From assembly GCF_018977255.1 (NCBI RefSeq), contig NW_024704745.1, positions 11,966,001 through 12,030,000 of the forward strand: a stretch of DNA of 64,000 nt, written 5' to 3'. The stretch comes from Callorhinchus milii (Eukaryota). A program made the position numbers and the translations under genes. Under the pieces are notes generated by a model. That model worked only from the letters and a program-made list of their open reading frames with translations. It was not told where the DNA came from and made no database searches. Shown here piece by piece: positions 9,909 through 20,535 of this stretch (its first letter is position 1; each line of letters begins with the position of its first letter).

Positions 9909-10039
9909 TGTTCTGCTCCCATTCTCCTACTTTTTTCTCTGTTGGAGGCCTGATGTAAGGTTGTATGATAAAGCACTATGACTCCAGTTCTAATGCAGCA
10001 CAGACGGAGAGAATGAATGTTCCTTTTCTCTTCTGACTG

Positions 10040-10740
10040 TTAAGCTTCCTAATTTTGGGGTGGGTCAGCCGGGTGTCTGACACATGCGGAAACCCATCAC
10101 CATGATGAGATTTCCAGGCATCCCACCTACACAATTCCCAGAGAGAGATTGTTCGAATGGAATGCACGCTTTCTCCCTGGAGGGATGCATCCTGCTTACC
10201 CAATTCCGGAAAGCATTAGGCACAGGTTGCAAAGAGCCTAGACTTGGGGACCCCAGAGTGTGCGTTGGGATACTGCTGACATCTCACCAGCTAAAACTGC
10301 TTAGCTTGCCATTGATGTTGCTGTCCAGGAAGCTTTCCCACTGCTTGTCCAATTAGGACCACACTACCTATTGGCTTTGACTTGCAGGGTTAACAGGAGC
10401 TGAGTGGGATGACTCCCTGCCCCCAGTGACTGGTCTGTCCTTCCAGGTCCTGCCGATGAGCCAGGCTGGCTGTGCAGTTATCAGCAGTGCCCTGGAATAC
10501 TGTGGACCCGCCTGGCTCGGGAACCGGACTACCGAGAGCGCCACAGAGGACTGGCTTGATTCTGACATTTCATTGCCAGGCATGTCACCTCGGAGCCAAT
10601 TCAGCTCCAAGGGGACCCCGCTAACCAACCCGCCTCCTCCCCCACCCCCCAGAAGGATAGTCACAGTTGGTTGTTCGACATCCGACAAGCATGGGTTTGA
10701 GTCCTCACTAGGTGGATGGTAGATACAAGGAACTCCCTGT
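10040..10740 (+). repeat. Unclassified interspersed repeat, longest copy
   Basis: Clear homology to 25800-26190 (+), 30330-30630 (+) and 47130-47535 (-), e.g. ccagctaaaactg..tagcttgccattga and ttggcttgcagggttaacaggagctgagtgg. Confidence 0.8.
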
Positions 10741-11081
10741 GAGCTTCCCGGTGGGCAACACATCTCAGCACGAAATGGTTGAGAGCCATGCCACCTTCTT
10801 TCTGTGTACAGCTTGGGCACATGGTCCCTTCCCATTGAGCGATGGTTCCACCAGTTGGAGGTACGGAATTTAAGCGGCTGCTGCTTGCCTCTCTGCAGGC
10901 CAATCAAGGTGGATTCCAGGCGCTGGACATACAAACATTTGTTCACGAACTCAGGACCCCAAGTAGCGCTTTCCTGCAGTTGTTACCCCAAGCCTCAGAG
11001 TTTCCTCATCAGCTATCTAGTAGGCATTTGCCTTCAGTGTGGTGCGTGGACATTTATCATGGTGCAATCCTACTTAATCCT

Positions 11082-12026
11082 ACGAGGCCCTCCTGATTGG
11101 CTCACGTCAGCGCCTCCGCACCTCAGGCGCCGACACCATCAGCATCCAAGGCTGCACTCTCCACCTCTCAGGAACCTTGGCTTTTTGTTCGACCCTGAGC
11201 TGTCCTTTCTCCCTCACATCCGCACCACAACTGGCACCGCCTTCCATCACCTCCGGAACATCGCCAGACTACGGCATTACCTCACCCCTCACGCTGCTGA
11301 AACCCTGGTTCACGCCTTTGTCACCTCAAGGCTGGACTATGGGAACTCTCTCCTCGCCGGCCTTCCCGGCACCTCCCTCCACAAGCTGCAGGTCATTCAG
11401 AACTCTGCAGCTCGTGTACTGTCCCGCACCAGACTTCGGGACCACATCACTCCCACCCTCGCTCGCCTCCACTGGCTCCCCATCCCCAGAGGATTGATTT
11501 CAAGATCCTCATCCTCACCTACAAGGCCATTCACGGCCTTGCTCCCTCCTACCTCTCCAACCTACTATCCCCCTACCTACCTGCCCGTACCCTCCGTTCC
11601 CCCGGCTCCGGTCTGCTCCACGTCCCCCGCCCCAATCGCCCTACCATCGGTGGTCGGGCCTTCAGCCTCTCAGCCCCGAGGCTCTGGAACTCTATCCCCC
11701 AGTGCCTTCGCCGCCTCCTCCCTCTCCTCCTTCAAGGCCGGTCTCAAAACCTTTCTCTTTGACCGAGCCTTCAGCTCCCCTCGACTCTCTACCCCCTCCT
11801 CACTCCCTTCCTTCCCTCCCCTCACCCTGACCATTTCCCCCCTCCTCGCTCCCTCCCTTCCCTCCCCTCACCCTAACCATTTCCCCCCTCCTCGCTCCCT
11901 CCCTTCCCTCCCCTCACCCTGACCATTTCCCCCCTGCTCGGGTCATGACCCAACTGTGCAGCGCCTTGGGACATCCTCCTGACGTGAAAGGCGCTTTATA
12001 AATGGAATCTTGTTGTTGTTGTTGTT
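11082..12026 (+). mobile_element. Young 5'-truncated L2 LINE (ORF2 C-terminus, pyrimidine-rich 3' UTR, stem-loop, (TTG)n tail) in PTGFRN intron 6
   Basis: Reads EALLIGSRQRLR...RNLGFLFDPELSF...FVTSRLDYGNSLLAGLP...LQVIQNSAAR...HITPTLARLHWLPI, with frameshifts near 11170 and 11490; ends aaatggaatct(tgt)n. Confidence 0.92.
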
Positions 12027-12120
12027 AATGCATTCTCAAAACTATTGTTAAATACAATGTTAGTCCTTGATGCCCTGAACTACTACTTGTGTACTGATTA
12101 GTTTCCCTTTTTCTTTTCAG

Positions 12121-12228
12121 CTCCCTGGTTTAATGTGACATTAGAATCTGATAAACACCATGTGTTGCAAGGAGAGACTGTGCAGATTAACTGTGTCATT
12201 GACTTGTTGGAGATATCCAAGAACACAG
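12121..12228 (+). CDS. PTGFRN: PTGFRN exon 7 (N-terminal half of Ig domain 6); not in the ORF track
   Basis: Strong acceptor tttccctttttcttttcag ends at 12120; donor acag|gtaat. 108 nt reading APWFNVTLESDKHHVLQGETVQINCVIDLLEISKNT, equivalent to human GPIFNASVHSDTPSVIRGDLIKLFCII. Confidence 0.9.
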
Positions 12229-12737
12229 GTAATTTTAGAGAGGTGTCTGAAATCTGTCACAAAAATATTCTACTTTCTCAAGAATAGGCTCGTCTAATGA
12301 GCTATTTGCTTTGAGCACATTGCCTTGTCGGCTTATCTATTAAATAGACGCTTGCATTGTGCAATCCATACATTGACCCTATTGATGGTTGAGCAGCCTT
12401 GTCTTAAGGGTACAGCAGTTCTGGCTAAATATATATTGTGCTGTGTGGAGACTAGTTTATTTAACTCATTAACTAAGTATTTTGTGTCTAACACACAGTC
12501 AAGGTGTCTTTGAGGGCTGAGAACTCTACTGCTTCCATAGTAAACACTTTTTTGTATACCTATAACCTACATAAACTAACTTTCCGGTAATTTAGAATAT
12601 GCCAAACTAAACAATGCTTTTCAAAAAACATTATTACTGTGAACAGGAAGTCAAACCCTATTGCAACCCATTAAGTTGTATTTCACTGTGGACCTGGTTG
12701 TTGTGGTCTTGTCTGAATTCTGTCTTACCTCCTCTAG

Positions 12738-13034
12738 ATGTCTTTTACGAGGTTGAATGGTTGGCTTCTGAACAGCTGTACTTGAATACAAGCCTCCTGG
12801 TGTCCATAGATCAGAAGTCGGTGGTGACACACGCTAAGGGCAACATGACCACAAGCATCAGTGCCGAGAGGATCAGTGAACACGAATTCTGCTTGCGGAT
12901 ACATTGTGCTGAGAAGAGAGACGCAAAGTTTTATTACTGTGCGGTGACACCATGGATTAAATCAGAGATTGGAGATTGGCAGAAAATGAGTCAGCAAACA
13001 TCGGATCCACTTGCAGTGCGAGTTAATATTTCAG
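12738..13034 (+). CDS. PTGFRN: PTGFRN exon 8 (C-terminal half of Ig domain 6)
   Basis: Boundaries cctcctctag|atgtc and tcag|gtgtgt. Reads DVFYEVEW...SIDQKSVV...ERISEHEF...YYCAVTPWIKSEIGDWQK, matching human YYCSVTPWVKSPTGSWQK. Confidence 0.93.
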
Positions 13035-13261
13035 GTGTGTTTTGAGTCCGCATATTTTATCCAGAATCACTGAGGAGATGCAGCTGATTCTCAGAATTGC
13101 AAGTGCTAACACATGCACTGTGCTGAGGAATCTTTGTTTGTATTTTGGTTCTAAAATTCCACAAGGATTTCTTTTAGACTTCACTTCCATTCAAAAAAAT
13201 ATTAAATCCCAAGCAGCAATGCTGGGGTAGAGAATTCAGTGTTACAAAACGTAATGACTTT

Positions 13262-13435
13262 TATTTTAATCCTTGCATTTGATAATAATCATCCTTATAC
13301 TTGATATAAGCACCCTATCGCATCATTGAGACGTCTCACAGAATATACTGTAAAGTAAATTGACTGTACATTTTGTGGGTGAAACGCAGCAGCCAATTGC
13401 ACACAACAGTGTCCCACAAAGAGTCGTGGATTTGA
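13262..13435 (-). mobile_element. SINE 3' half
   Basis: atccttgcatttgata...cacagaatatactgtaaagt...gcagccaattgcacacaacagtgtcccacaaa. Confidence 0.8.
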
Positions 13436-13874
13436 TAGAGAAATAAGAAAATCTTCCATCACTATTTTAGTGGTGTGGTCCACCAAATTTTTCTCCTCCA
13501 ATTTTATCTCCTCTCTTTCCCTGGCTCATCCATAAGTTTCTAAACTTGTTGGTGTGAGTTTAGAATGGGAAATTGTTTAAAAATCTTTCTTAGAATTGGG
13601 AACTTATCAGGAAAAATCACCAAGGATGTGAGGTGAGTGTGGAGTGAGTGTGGATCTGTTTCTCCTTTAACTCTGCACCCAACTCATTGCGTGTTCACCT
13701 TTTATACCACCGAGAGAATAGGTTTGTAACCACTTGTTGATTTCATTACCATTTCTTGCAGTTTCAGCCAGTTCTTTCCCTGATGATATGACAGCATTGA
13801 TTTTGACTGCCAAGCGTAAATTGAGGTCTTCTATTGGAAAGATCACAAGAGGGGCTCAGTTGAAAAAGTCGTTT

Positions 13875-14090
13875 CATAGAATTACATGGAAAGTTCTAGA
13901 ATAGAAAGAAAAGAAACTGGCCATTCAACCCAATTAGTCGGTGCCAATGTTTATACTCCAATTAGCCTCCATCCCTCCTAATCCACTCTCTGTCCTATAC
14001 CCTTCTGTTCCTTTCAGCTCATTTGAACTCATCCTTGCAGAATACCCACCCTACCGACCTCTCAAGCTGTTTCTCAAGTGGGTCCAGCAT
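13875..14090 (-). mobile_element. CR1 3' end (old)
   Basis: catagaattaca...ggccattcaacccaattagtc...atacccttctgttcctttc. Confidence 0.6.
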
Positions 14091-14424
14091 ACAGGCCTCA
14101 TACCCTTCCAGTCGTTAATTACTGTGTAAAGTTGACACAGTGGAGCTAAAAAGATTCCCCTGGAACGCCATGGCATTAGTGGAGTCTTGCAGTGTAAAGT
14201 ATGTAGCCAACACCCAGCCCAGTACAGCCTTGGGTTCAGAGTCTCATGAGTCTCACTTTCCCTGCAGAACACACAGGTTATGTTACAATGTGCTTCTAGT
14301 GGTGGCAGGTTGCCAGTAACGCTATCACTTTTCTCAGGAGCGACTTTTTAACCCCAGTGTTTGGAACATGACAAGGCCAGATAGGCATGCACTAACTCTA
14401 CTTGTTTCACTCCCCTACTTTTAG

Positions 14425-14591
14425 TGCTGGATTCTTTTAAGATGCCTTTGATATACGGGATCACCAGTACCTTGATTGTGGGAATCCTCGCCTGTGCGAT
14501 CGGATGGTGCACTTCGCAGTGTTGCTGCAGGGAGGAGAAGCGCGGAACGAGACGCGAGAATCGCAAATTAATACAAATGGAAATGGACTAA
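14425..14591 (+). CDS. PTGFRN: PTGFRN last coding exon (TM + cytoplasmic tail); not in the ORF track
   Basis: Acceptor cctacttttag|tgctg. Reads VLDSFKMPLIYGITSTLIVGILACAIGWCTSQCCCREEKRGTRRENRKLIQMEMD*, with TAA at 14589-14591; human ends VLNAFKYPLLIG...CCKKEVQETRRERRRLMSMEMD. The 8 exons total 2600 nt, in frame. Confidence 0.95.
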
Positions 14592-15196
14592 GAAACTCTT
14601 GCACTGGAGGTGAGAGGGACCATCGGGTGAACAACAGCAATTGGACTCTGCAGCTTTGAGAAGAAAAAAAGCAGATGTCAGTCAGTGATAATCTTTTTAG
14701 AATTGTTACATGTGCAATGATTGTATTTTTTTAAGGAAGCCATTCCCACCCAATTTTTTATCAATGAACAATAACTCTTTATCAATGACTTAATGTGGTT
14801 TTATGACGATTTTTTTTTCCTTTGTCGTCTGTTAGGGTGAATGGGATCCATGATACTGCGGAACTCCTTCTAGTCCCACCAATGATTCTGAATATTTACT
14901 ATCAACATCTCTAGAAAAAAACAACCTGGGTACTCCCCTAGTCGCTGTCGGTCACCAATATCATGGTTCCAAATTATCTGGTGGGGAGAGTGAATGGGAG
15001 AAGTAGCTGCATATCGTAACTTGGGGATTTGGGCTGTGACTACATGCCAGCAAGACAAAAAAAACTTTAAATCAAGAATCTGATCAGAATGAAACTCTTG
15101 GGTGATTCACAGTTGTGTGCTGTGTTGCAGAGTAAGACACATGCATTCTGTCAAAATTTCTCAGAATTTCTTGCGTGAAAACGTTCAAAGCCACGG

Positions 15197-15601
15197 AATA
15201 AAACAGAACATCCAGAAAGCACTATTACGCGTTGCTGTCAGACAATCTTTCATTGAGAAGCACAAAGGGCAAGCGACGAGCAAGATTTAATCTACCTAGC
15301 TTTAAATGATGTCTTTTTGTTTAGGCTTGGAGGTGGTGTGTGTAAGGGTGGGGGGCGGAGAGTTGCTGGTTCCATTTCACACAATCTTCCCAGGGACTAT
15401 AGGAGAGTAATAGATTGCACAGTTTTCATTGCTTCCTTTAAGAACACATGATTTGAAAATGTATTATCAAGGGACATCGTACTGAGAGAGGCTGCACCAG
15501 TGCTGCGCGCTTCATAAAGTGAGCCCAGTGTGAAATTCACAGCTTTAGCTTGAACTATATATCTACACATAAATATATCTGTAATCGTAATGTGGAATAA
15601 A
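15197..15601 (+). terminator. Candidate PTGFRN polyadenylation signals (AATAAA at 15197-15202 and 15596-15601)
   Basis: Two AATAAA hexamers 0.6 and 1.0 kb after the stop codon; motif only, usage unknown. Confidence 0.35.
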
Positions 15602-18600
15602 AGCACAGAACGGAATTAGATGCAGTATCAAATCCAAACTAAAGAAAAGTATAGCTGAATGAATCATTGACTCACTCGTCCTGGTCTAGTATCAGTATAG
15701 GTATCATGTGCCTGTAGTGGAGCTGATATGGGAACAGTGCAGCCATCTATCTGTGCAGATTCATTGAAAGAGCAACTGCAGTCCTGGCCAAGCTATTTGA
15801 ACTAAGACGATGTGCACTTTGCCCTTTATTTTTTAATCCCAGTGTTGTTCATATTGGAGAGAGGGTATTGCACCTGTTTTTCCCCCTGTTTTTCCCCCTG
15901 TTTGGCAATCCTAATGGCCGATTGGGAATAGAATCCCCCAGTTCACTGGTTGGGTTATGCCAGCCTCCCAGAAACAGGAGAAATCCATGCTCAACAAGAT
16001 GCAAACAAATACACTATAAATTTGTTGATCCCTGATGTCTCTCTCTGTCTACTGTGTACAGTAAATTCTAAAGAGTGTAACGGTTTCTATCTGTACTGCA
16101 ATAGGAATGATATAAATATACTGCGTGGAGGCTCTCTGATGATTTTGTCAGGGCCAAGGCAGTAAATACTCAACAACTTGGACAGGAAGGTTGACTCCCT
16201 GGTCTGTGCTGCCTCAAGCTTATAGTTGGGCATCAGGTTAGGGCATAATCAATAGGAAAAGTCACAATGTTTCCCCTGAATTGCTGTCCAATGGCCCTGA
16301 TGGAAGTCCTCCCCTGAGGCCTGAAATTCCATCTGGTGTTACCCTGTAGGACCATTTTTCCTTATTGTTTTAGAATTGCGGAAAATTGTTAACTTTCAGG
16401 ATCCATTTGGAAACTGGTTCTTTTTAATAACTGGAAAACTGGTTTCCAAAGTAAGGCTGAATTTAAGAGTTTCCCGCAGTCCTGTGCATTCTTAAATTTT
16501 AGGGCAAAATAGTCTTACAAGCTAAAACTAGGTAGAATTTGGTGCCACTGGTGGGCTCAGATGGGATGGAGCTATTGACTCACTTTAGACAGGTCACTGC
16601 CCACTCATGACATGCCTCTAGTGGAAATTAATGACAAAAATCCAATGACGCCCTTTTGAACCTGAAGTACACTTTATTACTAGAAAGGAGCATGTTCCTT
16701 TTTGATTGTGTTAAAAGCAATGACATTTACAAAATGGCACTAATGCATGAATTGAAGAACAACTGAGGTCACCGCTTGGATCTGGTACTACTTTTGATCA
16801 CACTGTTAATTAATCTGCTCGCCCCACCCTCCAAGTCTTCACCAAATGATTTACAACTGTAACCTCACAGGCACAGGGAAATGTTAACATAAAAATTATA
16901 GGGACAGAGAGTTCCAAGATAGGTTTGGAAATCACAATGGCACTTCATTACATTTCTTTAAATTGCATTTGCAATGTATCCTATTACTGTTTCTCAATGA
17001 ATGTTTGGTCCCTTGAGTCTGGGATAAACAGGCTATTGCTTTTAATGAGAACCAGGGTTATCCTCAGAATATTGCACAGTCTGCAGTTTGCTGCACCAGC
17101 ATTCATTCAGATCAAGGCTATTCTCCACATCAAGGCTATCAGCCTCAAATATGAACACGTCTGGTAATGACATCAAAAATCCATTGGTCAGGATTATCTC
17201 TGAACTAAATAGAGAGAATTGGATGGGATTTGATGTGTTAAAAGCTGACTATTGCATCTTATTTCTTGCCTTAAGACAGCCACTGCATGGTTACTCATAA
17301 GCTGCCCTGGAAAAAGTATCAATTGAAATGACTTGCTCACGTTAATCATATGAAAAGTTTTAAGACAAATTCTTCAGGAAACAGAAGAGAGCAACAAACG
17401 TAAATTGTGGAAAGAGGAGAGGCATTGCGTATGTTATGGGTTACATAGTCAACTATTCAGAATATAGGACACACCAACCAGCCAGCATGAATACATCAAT
17501 CAAGGAAAGCCCTAGTAATGGACGATAATGTAACTTGAATAAAGTCGAGATGGGGCTGCTTGGAGCTGAGGTACAAGACATGATACAGTTATGATGCCAC
17601 TTTCAAGTATGTTTGAGGAAGTGTTTAACTAGAAAATCCTGAAAGTGCTCATTTGTCATTTCATTACTTCTTTGAGGGAGGGAGCAGGCAGTACAAGACG
17701 TTTCTCAGAAACTGCTGCCAGCAGTTGTTAGAACCTGGTGTTTATTCTAATGGGGTATCAGCATTAAACCTACAGGATCGAACTGTCTGGAAAACAAGCC
17801 CTTGCTTTGTGAATGGCTCAGGCCTTTCGTCTGATAAATGATGAAGAGCAAATCCCTTGATCTAACTTTAACCTCTTATGTTTTCCCTTTTATGATAAAT
17901 CTATCCGACAAAATCAAATTATCTTTCCTTTCATCTCAGGTGATACTTATGAATAGAAATTTATCCTGGGGCTCTTCAGATTCACTTTGGTAGGTACCAG
18001 TGTTAGCAAAGATCCTGTGACAAAAGGTCTTACATGTGTAGTGATAAGTAGCTACCTGGCAGGCTGATTACAATCACTACAAATTCACTGGGACAAGTGC
18101 AGACTTATTGTTGCTGCTTGTTGGCTTCAGGTTTCAATAAAACTAAAGTTCTTTAAATGGAAATTCCCTGCCACTATTATTTAGAAAGAAGCAACCTGAC
18201 AGGTTTGTCCATTTGCTTGCTGTGTGTGAAGCGTTTGGTTGAGATCAGTCTGATTAGAAATGTATATTTGCTTACAAAATACAATGAACCTGTGAAATGC
18301 TGTATCAAAAGGAAAGATTAAATGGCAATAAGTAAGGAGCAGCATCCACTCACTATTATGCAAGTTACTTTTTGATATAAGATTACACTGGTGCTGAAGT
18401 TGCTCCAGTCTACCTTGAGGCTGTTAAAACAGGATTGTGCTCTGGATTGAGCACATTTTAATGTAACAGGTTTCTTGTCCATGGTCCAGGTACCTTTGTT
18501 TGTTCTTTTAAATTAGATGTTTCTTTTTCTTCCTTCCTTAATTGAATTTCATTGCGCCATTCTCCATACCTGGTCTGCTCTGAGGCCTCCGCCAACGCTG

Positions 18601-18763
18601 CTTGGAATCTGACCACTAGGAGGTGCTAAAAGAGCAACCAGAATGCTTTTCTTGCCAACCTTCACCTCCTCATTAAAAGATTCCTGGGATCTGCTCTGCA
18701 CTTCCCAATACTGATGTAGCTGAGGTTGCGAACTCAGTGATACAAGGCTCACTTGGAGGGTTT

Positions 18764-18859
18764 AAGTAATGTGGGAAAGGGCAAGAACCAACACGTGACA
18801 TCAGAGAGTCTGACCTCTCTGATGTCTCATGTTGGTTCTTGCGCTTTCCCACATTACTT
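18764..18859. repeat. 96-nt near-perfect inverted repeat (45-bp arms, 6-nt loop)
   Basis: Arms 18764-18808 and 18815-18859 pair at 42 of 45 positions; loop TCTGAC. Confidence 0.95.
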
Positions 18860-20379
18860 CTTGAAAGTACGATTTGGGTGTTAATAGATTTAAAGCATCT
18901 TGATGACATAACACCCTTCTGGCTATTCCTTTGGGTTAAGGAAAACGCATCTTTTGCTTGAAATTAGTTTCAAAATGTTATTGCACAACCAGAATTAAGA
19001 AAAGGTTGGGAAGTAATGAACAGTTCAAGGTTTCTTGTCTACTGAATATTATTATTATTATTACTATGTTTAAACCCCATCTTTCTTTGTGAAATTCCAC
19101 TGGTGTGTTTTTCAGAGTTTTAAATAAAAAGTTTTGGGAAAGAAAAAGAAATGCAAAAGAAGTGAGAATGTGAGTTTCCGGTACTTTGCAACATGTTTGT
19201 TTTAAACCCGTGTTTGGTTTATTAATTAAAATTGGTCATGTTTTTAATAATGTAATTCTCTGCTGAATGTCTTCAGAAATTTGGAATTATTTACATTGCA
19301 AGAGGGGCTTCTTACTTAGCCACTTGATAGCACTTCATATGAATATGGCTTCAGCTAGTCCTAAATATGATCAGCAGTAGGTATTTTTAGCTTTTATTTC
19401 TGCTGTTACAAGATCAAAATCACAAGATTAGTTTGAATGGTTCCTTTGAAGTACTTTCTTTCTGCCCATCTGAGCTCCTACTTAAAGGACAACCACCCTA
19501 CCATCATAGCATCAAGTTGCTTTATAAATGAGTCCACCACCAGCTTTCCTGGCAACCTATTCCAGTTGTCCTGACGTGAAAGGCGCTATACAAATGTAAT
19601 TTTGTTGTTGTTAATTATACTCTGCCTACAAAATATAGTCAACGCACTTCACAGTAAAAGAATACAGCAAAGCACTTTGGGATATTTGAACCACATGATA
19701 TCAAATGCAAGGATTATCACAAGATTCAGCAGACTACGGAACCACATTGAAAAATATATTATGAAACACTGTCTTCCTAGGTAAGAGATCCTAAAATTGG
19801 TTTCAATTCACCAGAGGCTTTGAGGATGTTCTTTTTGATTGCAAATTTTGATAAGCTGGAAAACAAAGGCCAAATACCTTCTCTAGAATTGGGGACAAGA
19901 GTCACAGCCATTCAGTTGGCTCTCGCCAATCTATGCATCTCACTGGGATGAGACGAGCAGGGTGCGTCTGTACAGCGAGAGGGTGCTCTTTCCATTCCAG
20001 ACGACGAGGAATTTCCATTGTAGGTAGCACGCAAATTTTCTGGCCAACAATCCGTCAGATAAAATTGGTCAGTTGATATCAAATGGAAAGATTATTAGTG
20101 TTATAATATGCAGAACTCTTCAGTCTGGTTTATGTACTCTTTCAAGCATGATGATGGGTTTCCACATGTGTAAGACATCCAGCTGACCAAAACAATCTTG
20201 CTGATGTAAATGGCTATATACACAGTCACTGCATATGAGAAGAGTTGCCTGTGAAGTGCTTTGAGGAGTTTTGAGATGATTGGGTGCAATAAAAGTATGA
20301 GGATTTTCCTTCTAAAATCAGCCATCAGTAACCATTCTTCTTTGCTTTCACACCCTCCACACTTTACAGGATTAAGGAA

Positions 20380-20535
20380 ATAATAATGATAATAATAATC
20401 CTTGCGTTTGATATAGCACCTTATCACATTGATAAACTGACAGGATATTCTGTAAAGTGGATTGACTGTATTTTGTAGGTGAAACAGCAACTAGATTGTA
20501 CACAGCAATGTCCCACAAACAGTCATGGAGTGAGT
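20380..20535 (-). mobile_element. SINE 3' half
   Basis: (taa)n tccttgcgtttgatatagcacc...cacagcaatgtcccacaaacagtcatgga. Confidence 0.75.

Noticed and set aside
10900-11080. Tyrosine recombinase (DIRS) remnant
   Set aside because: Only scattered residues match, spacing is off and there are three stops. Kept only as a hint under the unclassified repeat finding.
10804-11922. 372-aa ORF, the longest in the track
   Set aside because: It is a chimera of unique/unclassified sequence and an L2 ORF2 fragment. It leaves the L2 frame at about 11490 and ends in low-complexity 3' UTR, so it is not a gene.
13035-13045. Soluble PTGFRN isoform by read-through of the exon 8 donor (…ISGVF*)
   Set aside because: CAG|GTGTGT is an adequate donor, and an early intronic stop is expected by chance; no positive evidence.
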